Source: an uncultured virus (IMG/VR IMGVR_UViG_3300020325_000015) (Duplodnaviria > Heunggongvirae > Uroviricota > Caudoviricetes). From it: a stretch of 64,000 nt of DNA. A program made the translations under genes and the position numbers. Position 1 is the first letter of the stretch. Each line of letters begins with the position of its first letter. The stretch lies in the IMG/VR virus record IMGVR_UViG_3300020325_000015; one strand, given 5' to 3'. Shown piece by piece: positions 10,515-20,776 of the stretch. The notes beneath the pieces are model-generated. The model was given only the letters and a program-made list of their open reading frames with translations. It was not told the DNA's origin and did not search any database.

Positions 10515-10550
10515 ATAATAAGAATTACCCCCAAGAAAACTCGGGGGTAA
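10515..10550 (-). terminator. rho-independent terminator after the major capsid gene
   Basis: minus strand TTACCCCCGAG-TTTT-CTTGGGGGTAA followed by TTCTTATT. Confidence 0.75.
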
Positions 10551-10564
10551 AACTTACATAAATA

Positions 10565-12100
10565 TTAAGCGTCTTTAAATAATACGAAATTATTTGCACC
10601 TTGAACGATTAAGCATCTTTCAGATAAGTAGTGCATTCTCATTTCATCAATTGGAGAACTAGATGGTCCACCAACAGAACCTGTAACCCAAGACTTCATT
10701 TTTCTATTTTCAGTCTCAGAAGCTCTATATCTGATGTGTAAGAATGGTCTCTTGATATTTTGACCAAGGACTTGATCGTAAACTGTAGAAGTACCAGCGG
10801 GTACTAGAACACCTTCGATGTCACCAAAACCTCCTCTTGTAGAAAAGTCGTTTAAGTATTTCCAGTCAGTTTTGTAGAAGTCATAAGAACCTCTTCTGTA
10901 TCCTGTAAAACCTAAAGTTAATGCCATATCTTCGCTGTTGTTAAATACACCAAAAGAAGTACCTCCTGAGTATCCACCATTTTGTTGTGCAAGAATGTCA
11001 TCAATTTCTAAAGATAGGTTTCTATCTAAGAAAAGCATATTTTCTTCAATAGCTCCTTGCTTATCTAATTGTGTTAGCACTGCATCAAAATCAGTTAATG
11101 CACCACCTCCACCGCCAGCTTGTGCTCCAAATCCTGAATATACATTTCCTCTTGCTTCAATAGCTTCAAAGAAACCTTCAGTACCTTTAGCAGTAGCTGT
11201 AAGTGCAGAATCATAGAAATTTAATGTAGCTCCAGTGTTTAATTGCTTAACACCTTCAACCATAGTCATTTCCATATAATCTTCCCAACGCAATCTATTT
11301 TCATGCTCGGACTTTAAATACCATAAGTATCCGCTAGCTCCATTTTCAGAAGTAACTTCAATCCAGCCAATCTGTGCAGTATCAGAACCACTAATAGAAT
11401 AGTGCTCTTTTAATATTACAGGACTGTTGGTAAAAGTTGCATAACTTGGATCTAGTTTTTCATCAAAGTTTCCAGATCCTTTTGCAAATTCAGAACCATA
11501 AGCAAGTGCAGTAAATCTTTGTGCAGTTGTTATTGCAGGAACAGCTCCGTAAGATTTAACTTGGAAGTATTGTCCACTAACATTAGTAACTATACCTTTA
11601 ATTACAGAACCAGTTCCACCAATTGCAGATGTTGCACTTGTTTGAGCTTGAATCATAACTGTTTGACCTTTTCTAAAGTTAACAGCTGTTGTTCCCTGAG
11701 AAGTAACACCTAAACTAGTTGGCTGTGCTGGTGGAACATAAAAGTTTCCAATATTACCACCAGTAGTTACAGCTGAAGCCGCAGCAGCAGTTGTACCTGA
11801 GGTTGGCATTGTGCCAGCGTTACTTAAATAAACGATATTCGCATATCTTGTATGCAATCTACCTTGCTCAGTCCAAATTATTTGATCTGAAGTAGATGGC
11901 ATTTCCGCAGATACCATACGTAAAAAAGAACCGATAGATCTGTTTCCATATCTTTCAACTTCTTGCTCGTATACATCTGGTAAAAATTGTTGAGCCCACT
12001 GATTAAAACTTGAATCAGTGAAATCGATATAGTTCCCACTATATAATGCCTTAGTCTGAGTTGGTTGTAAGGCAGCAGGAACGCCACTTGTAAAAGCCAT
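10565..12100 (-). CDS. major capsid protein
   Basis: 511 aa; IIWTEQGRLH, LGFTGYRRGSYDFYKTDWKYLND, LSERCL..QGANNF motifs; follows portal and scaffold; terminator downstream. Confidence 0.85.
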   Translation of the reverse strand: MAFTSGVPAALQPTQTKALYSGNYIDFTDSSFNQWAQQFLPDVYEQEVERYGNRSIGSFLRMVSAEMPSTSDQIIWTEQGRLHTRYANIVYLSNAGTMPTSGTTAAAASAVTTGGNIGNFYVPPAQPTSLGVTSQGTTAVNFRKGQTVMIQAQTSATSAIGGTGSVIKGIVTNVSGQYFQVKSYGAVPAITTAQRFTALAYGSEFAKGSGNFDEKLDPSYATFTNSPVILKEHYSISGSDTAQIGWIEVTSENGASGYLWYLKSEHENRLRWEDYMEMTMVEGVKQLNTGATLNFYDSALTATAKGTEGFFEAIEARGNVYSGFGAQAGGGGGALTDFDAVLTQLDKQGAIEENMLFLDRNLSLEIDDILAQQNGGYSGGTSFGVFNNSEDMALTLGFTGYRRGSYDFYKTDWKYLNDFSTRGGFGDIEGVLVPAGTSTVYDQVLGQNIKRPFLHIRYRASETENRKMKSWVTGSVGGPSSSPIDEMRMHYLSERCLIVQGANNFVLFKDA

Positions 12101-12116
12101 GTTTTAAAATTTTAAG

Positions 12117-13415
12117 TTATTGTTTATTCCATTTTATGCGCAACTTATCTGAAGAATTACCTGAAACAACTCTAATTTTATCACCGGAAGATGTAGTTAT
12201 AGTTGAATTATCAACCCGAGGTGTCATGTCAATATTATTTGCTTTCTTAGCAGCTTCTTTAATAGCGTCAGCACGGCCTTGCTCATAGAAGTGATTAGCA
12301 ATTTTATCAGCATTTCTTCCTGCAAATAATGCTTTATGATAATCTGAAGCATTACCTAACGATCCATCTTCTTTATCGATGTATTCATTAATAAAGTTCT
12401 TTAAGTCCGACTGGTATGTTTTAACTTTTTCTGCATTATCTACTTTAAATCGATATTTATTTTCACCAACCTGAAAATCAAAACCTTTGAAATCTTTATT
12501 GAAAACTTTATTTGTACGATCTAAAAATTTTTTTTGTAGTTTTTTCCAATCTTCCTCCTTTTGTTGCTGTTTGTTATAATACTCCATAGCTTCAACATAT
12601 TCAGGAGCAACAGTATTTTCTTTTCTTAACTTAAGATCAGCATAATATTGCTTTTTATTATTGTCAAAGTATTTTTCAGCATTATAAAGTTCTTCTTTAA
12701 AAGCCAATTTTTTAGCTTTTATGTCAGAAGGTTCATCCGAATCCTCATCATATGAAAAATTTTTATTCATTAAGAAATCTAAATCATCATGATCAAGATG
12801 TGGTTTCGTAGTTTTATAGTACTCTCTTAAAAGTGTTACGTTATCTAACTTTGAAAAGTCTCTATTAAGATTAACATAATCTTCAAGACTTCCACCAGTT
12901 TCATCCATAAATTTTAAAAGGTTCTCTATGTTTTCTGGAAGCTTTTGTGTTTCTGCTTCCGGTAATATTTTTTCTTGTTTCTGTACGGGCTCGGAGTCTT
13001 CAGTGCTTGAATCCACTCGTGCCTCGTCAGTGTTATTTTTTTCATCTGTAACAAGTTCTAATGGAGATTCTACTTCTTGCCTCTGTTCTTCTTCGTTACC
13101 TTTATTTTCTTCTTTTTGTTTATTTTCTCCGGCAGGCTCTTTAGACTCTTCTTTGTTTTCCTTTTGAATTTCTTCGCTAGTTTCGGATCCACTGCGTACA
13201 GGTATCTCATCTGTGCTTTGCTTCTGAACGGCATCTTCTTTTTGTTTTGGTGGTTTATCTAAATTAACTTTATAAACTCCGTCTTTTTGTAAACCATATT
13301 CTGGATTTACATCTCCTTCTTTTACCGCATTATCAATTACTGCGGCTTCTTTTTCTTGAGTTGAAGTTTCTTGATTTTCTTCAACTGCTTTAACTGTTAC
13401 TTTTTCTTCTTCCAT
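12117..13415 (-). CDS. capsid scaffolding-like protein
   Basis: 432 aa with a very acidic low-complexity N-terminus; HFYEQGRADA motif; between portal and capsid genes. Confidence 0.65.
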   Translation of the reverse strand: MEEEKVTVKAVEENQETSTQEKEAAVIDNAVKEGDVNPEYGLQKDGVYKVNLDKPPKQKEDAVQKQSTDEIPVRSGSETSEEIQKENKEESKEPAGENKQKEENKGNEEEQRQEVESPLELVTDEKNNTDEARVDSSTEDSEPVQKQEKILPEAETQKLPENIENLLKFMDETGGSLEDYVNLNRDFSKLDNVTLLREYYKTTKPHLDHDDLDFLMNKNFSYDEDSDEPSDIKAKKLAFKEELYNAEKYFDNNKKQYYADLKLRKENTVAPEYVEAMEYYNKQQQKEEDWKKLQKKFLDRTNKVFNKDFKGFDFQVGENKYRFKVDNAEKVKTYQSDLKNFINEYIDKEDGSLGNASDYHKALFAGRNADKIANHFYEQGRADAIKEAAKKANNIDMTPRVDNSTITTSSGDKIRVVSGNSSDKLRIKWNKQ

Positions 13416-13442
13416 AATAATATATAATAAAATAATTAGTTT

Positions 13443-15863
13443 TTACTTAGGTTCAAATCTTGATAGATCAAACCCACCTAATACATCATTTCCTTTTGAT
13501 TCAAATGATTTTTTAGGTTTTTCTGTTTGAGGAGGACCTGCTATTTTTGATGCTGATAATTTTTTATCTGCTATTCTCTCCTGTGTTTTTGCTTGCTCTT
13601 GAACTAATTCTATTTGAGTTTCTAGCTCCATTGCTTTTAATTTAACATTAAGATCATATTCAAATTGCATTAACTCTCTTTTTGTTTGAGCTTCAACTTC
13701 TAATTTCTTAATAGAATTTTCATTTTCAGCAGTAGAAATTTGTATTTTAGATTCTGTTTTAATTTGTTCAGCTTGAGCTTTAGCTTGTTCAACTTGTATT
13801 TGCATTTGACCTTGCGCTTCAGCTTGTGCTACAGATGCAGCTTGTGCTTGTGCTTGATCTGCTTCTTGTTTTTTAATACGTCTAAACTTTAATAATTGAT
13901 TTGCAAGTTTAGTATTATTTATATTTCTTACATCAATAGCATCTTCTAAGTGTATACTATTCTGTGCTAATGCAGCTTGTATATTTGTTTCTAATAAAGT
14001 TTTTTCTTCTTCATCAGGTTCTAATTCTAAAAATATGCCAAAATCATGTAAATGTAAATTTTTTAATTCTTCTAATGAACCTACAGAAAACTGACCTAAA
14101 GAAGAAATAAATACTTTCTTTTGAGGATGATAATTTAAAACGTCTTTAAATCTTAATGAAATAGCCTCTGCTAAAGATAAAGTTGTAAACATACTACTTT
14201 GTAATATATGTCTAGTAGCTGTATTACTATTTGCTGCTGCTAATTTTTGAACACCTACAAGAGAATTGGGATCAGGATCAGAACCATCTCTAGCTTCATT
14301 TAATCCTGTTATATCTCTAATCATTTGTAAATATTGATTATAAGCCCCTATTAATACTTGTATTTGATTACCACCGCCTCCAGGTAATTCTTGTATAGGT
14401 ACTTTACCCTGATTAGGATCGCCATCAACAGTTAATGATCTACCTATAATTGATCCTGTTTGAAAGTACATATTCAATGCTTCTTGAGGATTATAACTTG
14501 TACCATTACCTAAATCTATTTCAGCTAATCCATCAGCATCTACATATACTCCTGAAGGTGTCATTCTTTGTATTGCTTGTTGTAATTTTAAATGCGTTAG
14601 TTGTATTAAATCAGCATAAGGTGTCATTTTAGAAACAAGCGATGTAACATTACCTTTATATAATCTAGGAGCAGTTACAATATAATTCATCATTACTTTA
14701 TTAGCATTGGATTGAGGGCGAATCATATTAGTTGCCTTTTTCCATCTTAATAAAATATTTGTTCCTAATATAAATACACCTTCATATATAACTTCCTGTG
14801 CTTGTGCAACTCTTTTAAATCTAGTTCTTTTATCTTTTGGAGGATTAAATGAACCATCTTTTGGAATAGCTTTTTCTGCACCAGTAGAGGTTTCTTTTAT
14901 TTTGTAAACGTCATTTTCCCAGCTTTTCCAATTAAAGTATAACACAGTCATAGTATTATAATCATCTCGATCATAATTATTATAATCGCTTGTATCATTA
15001 TAAGAAGTATAATTAGAGCCTTTTTTAGATAACTCGTATAACTCCTCATCTGGCATTTCAGGAAATTGCTTTTTTAATTCATTTAATTTTATTCTTTTTA
15101 CTTCACCAAAATAATAACAATCTGAAAAATTAGGATCCTCTGTATATGACCATACTAAATTAGATGGATCTACATATTCTAATACAATTCCATCTGTATT
15201 ATTAAATGTATGTTTAGCAGCTGATATACCTAAAACACATAAATCATAATCTAGCCGCTTTTTTATTTCATCATATTTATTTCTTAAAAATATGTTTTCT
15301 ATAGCTTGTTCTTGTGCAATTTCAATACCTTGTTTATAATTTAATTGCATATAAAGCCCTAATTCTTCTGTATTAGCTGGTAATTCTTCCTTAGGAATAT
15401 TTCTAGCGTTAACACCTAGTTCAGCTTCTATCTGTGTTAGTATTTCTTTAGCTGCTAAATCTCTTTGAATATTTTCAACAAATTTTGTTCTTTTGCCTGT
15501 AGCAATAGGATCTTGTGCAAATGCTTTTATAGAAAAAAGTCTATCTTGCATTCCATTAACAACTATGTCTATAAACTTAGGAATAATTGGAACTGGTTTC
15601 CAGTCAAGATTTAAATAAGACAAATCACCATTTACAGCAAACTCATCTTTATATTTTCTTATTGATTGCTCACCTCTAGCATAAAGTCGTAATCTATGAT
15701 ACTCATCTCTAGCTTGGAAATACCTACCGTTGCCTCTATCTTTATTAAACCAGTCTTGTTCTATTGCTCTGGCTACTTTTAAACCGTAATCAGGCGTTAT
15801 TTTTTCTGCGTCTGGTACAGCTTGGCTTGGAAATTGTGTGCTTGCTCCTGTAGTTTTTGCCAT
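13443..15863 (-). CDS. portal protein
   Basis: 806 aa immediately after terminase; LDWKPVPIIPKF, ITGLNEARDG motifs; C-terminal coiled coil. Confidence 0.85.
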   Translation of the reverse strand: MAKTTGASTQFPSQAVPDAEKITPDYGLKVARAIEQDWFNKDRGNGRYFQARDEYHRLRLYARGEQSIRKYKDEFAVNGDLSYLNLDWKPVPIIPKFIDIVVNGMQDRLFSIKAFAQDPIATGKRTKFVENIQRDLAAKEILTQIEAELGVNARNIPKEELPANTEELGLYMQLNYKQGIEIAQEQAIENIFLRNKYDEIKKRLDYDLCVLGISAAKHTFNNTDGIVLEYVDPSNLVWSYTEDPNFSDCYYFGEVKRIKLNELKKQFPEMPDEELYELSKKGSNYTSYNDTSDYNNYDRDDYNTMTVLYFNWKSWENDVYKIKETSTGAEKAIPKDGSFNPPKDKRTRFKRVAQAQEVIYEGVFILGTNILLRWKKATNMIRPQSNANKVMMNYIVTAPRLYKGNVTSLVSKMTPYADLIQLTHLKLQQAIQRMTPSGVYVDADGLAEIDLGNGTSYNPQEALNMYFQTGSIIGRSLTVDGDPNQGKVPIQELPGGGGNQIQVLIGAYNQYLQMIRDITGLNEARDGSDPDPNSLVGVQKLAAANSNTATRHILQSSMFTTLSLAEAISLRFKDVLNYHPQKKVFISSLGQFSVGSLEELKNLHLHDFGIFLELEPDEEEKTLLETNIQAALAQNSIHLEDAIDVRNINNTKLANQLLKFRRIKKQEADQAQAQAASVAQAEAQGQMQIQVEQAKAQAEQIKTESKIQISTAENENSIKKLEVEAQTKRELMQFEYDLNVKLKAMELETQIELVQEQAKTQERIADKKLSASKIAGPPQTEKPKKSFESKGNDVLGGFDLSRFEPK

Positions 15864-15865
15864 AT

Positions 15866-18100
15866 TTATTTAATTATTTCGCTTCTTAATCCTTCGTTTT
15901 TATATTTTGAAAAGGAAAAATCTAATTTTTTTAATTGTCTTGCTACATTTGGTCTATACATATGTTTTCTGCATGCCATTATAGCTAATCCGCTGCTAAT
16001 AGATGCATCATATGCAGTTCTTTTTAATATATCAAATTTAGCCCAATCTTCTAATGTTCTTTGAAAATACATATTACCACATCCGTTTTCATTTCTACCA
16101 ACATATTCTTCTATATATGATTCAATAGCAGCGGCATGTGCTTGCTTTATATCTTCTGAAGTATTAGGTATACCACCTAATTCTAATTCTGTTTTAGATA
16201 AGTTATATTTTAATTTGTCAGGACGGTTCATAGAAAATCCTCTATAACCTCTTCTTTTAAAATAATATAATAATCTCGGTTTATTATTTTCTGCTAATAT
16301 GGGCATACCGTAAAATACACAAGCCATTAATACATCTTCAAAAAATATTTCAGCAGTTTGTGGCCTAGCAACATATTCTAAAAAGAATTTATTTGTAGGT
16401 ACATCACTAGTCATAGAAAATGTAGTTAATCCATGTAATGCCCCATTTGAACCACCACCGCCAACAGTACCTGATATATCATATGAGTCACATCCAAATG
16501 CTCCAAGACCATCATTAGCTGGATATTTTATACCGTTTTTTTCAATTATATTATTTTGTAATACCTTAGGTGGTATCCAAGTTATACGAAATCTACCGGA
16601 TTTCATGGGATTCCACTTTACTTGTGAATCTTTAATTCCTTTTTCCCAAGAAAAATTACCTGTAACAACATAACCTTTAGATGTCATTTCTTCATTGTAA
16701 TCTATTTGTTCATATATTTTTGTTAGATTAAATAAAGAATTTAAAGTTTCATCTCTAAAAGCATGTTTTTCTGATCTTGGAAATTGCCTATAATATTCGT
16801 TTAAGCTATCAGCATCATTCTTTAAACCTTCCACTTCATTCTCCCAGTGTTCGATAACGCCTGTGCGTATTTGTTCACCATCAATTCCTTCAATCGCTTT
16901 TGATGGAGTGTCGAATACAGGATACCCATACTTATCGATAAATCCTTCGTAACCCCATTCCATAGGTAAGAACAAAGAATATAATCCACTTGAAGTCTGG
17001 CCATTCTTATTTCGTTTTGTAACATCCGAGTCATAATAAAGTTTTTTAAAGTTATTTCCTCCTTTATCTAAAGCATTAGATGTTGACCCCATCATACATT
17101 TGCCAACTATTTTCGACCCGAGGCGGAGACACGTTTTCGTAACCCTCCAGTTATTGAGGATGTTGTCCGGCCTCTCCCATTTACCTGATTCGTCGTGGAT
17201 GAGTAGTTGTAGTTTTTCTCCGTCGTATGAATTGTCGCCCGTGTTCTTCCAGTCAATTGTGGTGTCCAGTCCATCCTGTATCTCGTCGGAGGAGGTGGCT
17301 GTGGCACGGATCGTATTACGAGTGAGTCTCCTTGATGGTACCTTGTACGAGAGTTCCGTCTTTGGACGTTCCATACCGTCCTGTATTGGTTTAAAAAAGA
17401 ACGGGTAATTAGTTGAGATTGGGACCACCTTATCCGTGAACATCTTCTTAGCGTCGGCTCCACTTTTAGAAAGAATCCCAAATCTTGAATCCTTAGTTGT
17501 TGTTGCAATGTTGACAATTTCTGAAGACGCCATAAAGGAGAAACCAGACCGTCTATTCTTAAGGTAGCACATCCCATAACATCTATAATCGGCCTTGCAT
17601 GCCTCCCAAAAGTAGAAAAATATCCTGTTCGCATGTCGAAAGTCGGGTGCACCCACGTCGATCTTAGTCCAGTTGAGATATACATAGTGCGATCCTGTAA
17701 GGTAACATGGGGTGCCGTTGCACATGAACCAATAACCATCAACACGATGATTAAACTCATCATCAATATATTTATAATATTTTTCTTTTGTATCTTCCCT
17801 TTGTGCTTTAAAATCATATATAGTTTTTATTCTATTTAATGATTGAGGTCTTTCTTTTCTTATAAACACTTGATCTTCTTTTTTTAAATCAGAACCATTT
17901 ATAATACTAGGAGTTTTAGGTATTGCTACCTTTAGACCTTGTATTTCATATATATCACCTATTGTACCATCTTTACTTATAACAACGCAATCGAGATCTT
18001 CATTATAACCGTAACTAAATTTTTTATGTTTATTTTTATGCTTTACTTTTTTATCAGTTAAATGGCTTTTATGAATTGAATATAAATTTTGTTTATACAT
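15866..18100 (-). CDS. terL: terminase large subunit
   Basis: Walker A-like KNRRSGFS, Walker B LLIHDESGKW, MGST coupling motif, nuclease GCDSYD...AENN...YDASI. Confidence 0.92.
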   Translation of the reverse strand: MYKQNLYSIHKSHLTDKKVKHKNKHKKFSYGYNEDLDCVVISKDGTIGDIYEIQGLKVAIPKTPSIINGSDLKKEDQVFIRKERPQSLNRIKTIYDFKAQREDTKEKYYKYIDDEFNHRVDGYWFMCNGTPCYLTGSHYVYLNWTKIDVGAPDFRHANRIFFYFWEACKADYRCYGMCYLKNRRSGFSFMASSEIVNIATTTKDSRFGILSKSGADAKKMFTDKVVPISTNYPFFFKPIQDGMERPKTELSYKVPSRRLTRNTIRATATSSDEIQDGLDTTIDWKNTGDNSYDGEKLQLLIHDESGKWERPDNILNNWRVTKTCLRLGSKIVGKCMMGSTSNALDKGGNNFKKLYYDSDVTKRNKNGQTSSGLYSLFLPMEWGYEGFIDKYGYPVFDTPSKAIEGIDGEQIRTGVIEHWENEVEGLKNDADSLNEYYRQFPRSEKHAFRDETLNSLFNLTKIYEQIDYNEEMTSKGYVVTGNFSWEKGIKDSQVKWNPMKSGRFRITWIPPKVLQNNIIEKNGIKYPANDGLGAFGCDSYDISGTVGGGGSNGALHGLTTFSMTSDVPTNKFFLEYVARPQTAEIFFEDVLMACVFYGMPILAENNKPRLLYYFKRRGYRGFSMNRPDKLKYNLSKTELELGGIPNTSEDIKQAHAAAIESYIEEYVGRNENGCGNMYFQRTLEDWAKFDILKRTAYDASISSGLAIMACRKHMYRPNVARQLKKLDFSFSKYKNEGLRSEIIK

Positions 18101-18342
18101 TATTTAATTCTTTCTTCTACACTTAAAAACTTAGCGGACTTTGTTTCTTTTTTATCTTCAGATAGTTCTTCTATCTTTTCTATAATTTTTAATGAATCAT
18201 CTATTGCAACCCATTTTGCTTGTGCAGCTATTTTAGCTTTTTCAGGATCTAATTCTTTTAAATCTATCGTTTGAATAATTACTTTTTCAAGCTCAACTAA
18301 AGCTTTTTCTGCGGCATCAATTACTCTTTGCTTTCTCGACAT
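18100..18342 (-). CDS. small helical protein, candidate terminase small subunit
   Basis: 80 aa, translationally coupled directly upstream of terL. Confidence 0.4.
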   Translation of the reverse strand: MSRKQRVIDAAEKALVELEKVIIQTIDLKELDPEKAKIAAQAKWVAIDDSLKIIEKIEELSEDKKETKSAKFLSVEERIK

Positions 18343-18889
18343 GTGTTATATAATTTGATAATATTCTGTATAATTTTTTATTTTCTATGTTAAACTCATA
18401 CTCAGAGTTAGGTTTAAAGCCCACTATATCTCCACAGGACACACCTAATGACTCTAAATAATTATTGCTATACACAAGCTTCCCTAATAATTTTTTTTCT
18501 TTTAAAACACTCCATTTAGAATTGCTTTTCAATGGCTTAACAAAACAAAATTTATCAAAACAATGCCACTTATTATTTCTTTTATATGCAAAGATTTCAT
18601 CTGGAGATACTATATATTCATTTTCATTTATAAAAGCGGCGGAGTTTTTTTCATTACCTCTTATATCATACCATCTTCTAAATACATTATGATGTAATAT
18701 TACCTCATCACCAATCTTAGCAGGAGTATCTATAAACAAAGGTAGTGATAAAATTTTACCTATTCTATTTACAAAATGATAATCTCTTTCTGTTATTTCT
18801 GTATTAAGAACTAATTCTTTATCTTCTATTTTCTTAGAGTTATTATATCTATTTGTACATAATATAATATAATTGTAAATTGCATTCAT
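18317..18889 (-). CDS. GroES-like protein with two tandem GroES-type folds
   Basis: GKILSLP...KIGDEVILHH, then FVKP...GKLVY...GVSCGDIVGF...EYEFNIENKKLYRI. Confidence 0.6.
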   Translation of the reverse strand: MNAIYNYIILCTNRYNNSKKIEDKELVLNTEITERDYHFVNRIGKILSLPLFIDTPAKIGDEVILHHNVFRRWYDIRGNEKNSAAFINENEYIVSPDEIFAYKRNNKWHCFDKFCFVKPLKSNSKWSVLKEKKLLGKLVYSNNYLESLGVSCGDIVGFKPNSEYEFNIENKKLYRILSNYITHVEKAKSN

Positions 18890-18972
18890 TTTTTTTCAAT
18901 TAACCAGCCAACTAAACAAAATAACGCCCAAGCAAACGCAATACTAAAAATTGTAAAATCTTGAATATTCAA
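18886..18972 (-). CDS. 28-aa single-TM microprotein (MNIQDFTIFSIAFAWALFCLVGWLIEKK), not in the ORF track
   Basis: TTG start right after the upstream stop; stop overlaps the next ATG (ATGA). Confidence 0.5.
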   Translation of the reverse strand: MNIQDFTIFSIAFAWALFCLVGWLIEKK

Positions 18973-18973
18973 T

Positions 18974-19192
18974 TTAATAATCTAAATTATATTCAACGGA
19001 TACAGCCATGTTTTTATTAAAATGTTTCCATGGTATTTCGTTGCCTTCTTTTTCTATGTATATATGATAACCATCTTCTTTTTCAAATATATCACAAATA
19101 GTATGATTACCGTACACTTCTTGTCCTACAGAATAATGCATTGCTTCATTCTTATAATCTTGGCCAATTGATATTTTTCTTATTAATTTCAT
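18974..19192 (-). CDS. hypothetical protein
   Basis: 72 aa ORF coupled within the operon. Confidence 0.6.
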   Translation of the reverse strand: MKLIRKISIGQDYKNEAMHYSVGQEVYGNHTICDIFEKEDGYHIYIEKEGNEIPWKHFNKNMAVSVEYNLDY

Positions 19193-19449
19193 TTAATTTC
19201 TTTTTTATTATCTAGAGTAAACAATGTATGTATAATAATAGCTACAATAGAATGCAATAATATTTTACTGAAGCCATCTGCATGAGATATTTTATTTATA
19301 TATATACCATATAAATATAAAAAACAAACAAAAGCATTAATTGCTATAACAAAATTTCCTAACCAGTATTTTACTTTAGGACTCCAAAAGATTTTTAATA
19401 TTAAAAACAATATTACTATTACACTAAATTCAACTAAAAATTGTTTCAC
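19189..19449 (-). CDS. membrane protein with about 3 TM segments
   Basis: hydrophobic segments; next to the endolysin gene. Confidence 0.5.
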   Translation of the reverse strand: MKQFLVEFSVIVILFLILKIFWSPKVKYWLGNFVIAINAFVCFLYLYGIYINKISHADGFSKILLHSIVAIIIHTLFTLDNKKEIK

Positions 19450-19461
19450 TCTAAATTTTAT

Positions 19462-19812
19462 TTAATATGTCCAAAGAGTTATATCAGGTGCACCAGGATA
19501 ACCAATGCCAACGTGGACAAAATTATTTTTTCTACTTACTCCTATTCTTGTAAAGCCAACTTCCATAGCAGCTTTAACTAATTTAAATGTTGCCTCACCA
19601 CCTACACTTGCAATATCAACAGCATTCCCGTATGCATGTTCACCTGGTGCTTTTTTCTTTGCTTCTATTGGATGATCAGGACTTCTATAACTTGACGTTA
19701 TTTTTATTGGTGAACCATATGCTTCTCGTAAATTATCTAACATATTAAGAAGCTTTTTGTTCATCATTTTAAAATCATTGAATTCAGATTCATTAAAATA
19801 TTTTAAAGGCAT
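19462..19812 (-). CDS. endolysin, peptidase M15 family Zn peptidase
   Basis: ITSSYRS..H, GEHAYGNAVDI, FVHV motifs. Confidence 0.85.
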   Translation of the reverse strand: MPLKYFNESEFNDFKMMNKKLLNMLDNLREAYGSPIKITSSYRSPDHPIEAKKKAPGEHAYGNAVDIASVGGEATFKLVKAAMEVGFTRIGVSRKNNFVHVGIGYPGAPDITLWTY

Positions 19813-19813
19813 T

Positions 19814-19963
19814 TTATTTATTATTTAATTTATTTTTTATACCTATTAAGGTATACACTATTGTTAACAACAATACCACTGTTTGTAGTATTGGATTTAT
19901 ATCTGGCATTATAGAAAATGTTATACCGCCGACGCTAATTCCATAAATTTTTAAGTCTTGCAT
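19814..19963 (-). CDS. 49-aa membrane protein, holin-like (MQDLKIYGISVGG...), not in the ORF track
   Basis: fills the gap between holin and endolysin; hydrophobic with a basic C-terminus. Confidence 0.55.
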   Translation of the reverse strand: MQDLKIYGISVGGITFSIMPDINPILQTVVLLLTIVYTLIGIKNKLNNK

Positions 19964-19966
19964 TTT

Positions 19967-20377
19967 TTATTTGTGCATTTTATTTCCAAAGACTTTCTCT
20001 ACGCCTCGCGATCCGAAATAGCCTCCGATTACTATTGTTAATAAACCGGTTATTGAATCAAGTGGATAACCTAAGTACCACCCAATTACATAGCTTACTG
20101 TTAAAAATATTAATGTTAAAGGACGAACATTAGCCGCAAGCCATGCTCCTGAGCCAGCATCTGCCACCCATCTTTCTGTTGTCCCGTCTATTTCAGCTCT
20201 TTCAAGTTTTAGTTTTTCTAAAGCAATTTGTTTATCACCTTCAGACATTTCACTGCTACCTATTATAGCTTCTATAATACCACCAGCGGGTGTGCCACTA
20301 GCTATTGATCCGACTACAGTTGGAATTTTCTTTAATAAAAACTTTCCAACTGCAGTATCTTTAAATTTTTTTTTCAT
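19967..20377 (-). CDS. holin (3TM-holin-like)
   Basis: RW.AD...WLAANVRPLTL...GGYFGSRGVEK motif with TM segments. Confidence 0.7.
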   Translation of the reverse strand: MKKKFKDTAVGKFLLKKIPTVVGSIASGTPAGGIIEAIIGSSEMSEGDKQIALEKLKLERAEIDGTTERWVADAGSGAWLAANVRPLTLIFLTVSYVIGWYLGYPLDSITGLLTIVIGGYFGSRGVEKVFGNKMHK

Positions 20378-20380
20378 ATA

Positions 20381-20761
20381 TTATGGTGTTGGGTCAGAAG
20401 AAGATGTAGCTACAGCATAAGCAAAAACAGCATTTGCTCCATCTGCTAAACATTCAATTTGTAAAATATTTGTTTCGCCTCCATCATAATCAGTTGATCC
20501 AACTTTTAAAAATGATTCACTTGTTGCCGCATCACTGTCAAGAGTTATTGTTTGCGAACCTGATATATTATATATAGTTAAAACTTGTCCAGCTTTATAA
20601 TTTGTAAAATCAAATTCTATAGCACCGTTTAAAGCACTATTCATTTTATACACCGTTGCAGCAGCCCAATCAACAGATGTAGCTCCTGATTGATTTGTTA
20701 TTGTTCCGACTGATGTATATCTAGCCTCTAAAACATTATGTGTTACTTTTGTTAATGCCAT
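20381..20761 (-). CDS. tail fibre connector domain protein, paralogue of the C-terminus of 23686..25467
   Basis: shared ARYT...NYK.GQ..TIY...DYD....NILQ.EC...F.Y..AT..SD.TP pattern. Confidence 0.6.
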   Translation of the reverse strand: MALTKVTHNVLEARYTSVGTITNQSGATSVDWAAATVYKMNSALNGAIEFDFTNYKAGQVLTIYNISGSQTITLDSDAATSESFLKVGSTDYDGGETNILQIECLADGANAVFAYAVATSSSDPTP

Positions 20762-20776
20762 TTTTATTAATTTTTT

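Noticed and set aside
17107..17817. 236-aa alternative-frame ORF inside terL
   Set aside because: It coincides with the GC-rich patch that removes off-frame stops; no recognisable motifs; best explained as a shadow ORF.
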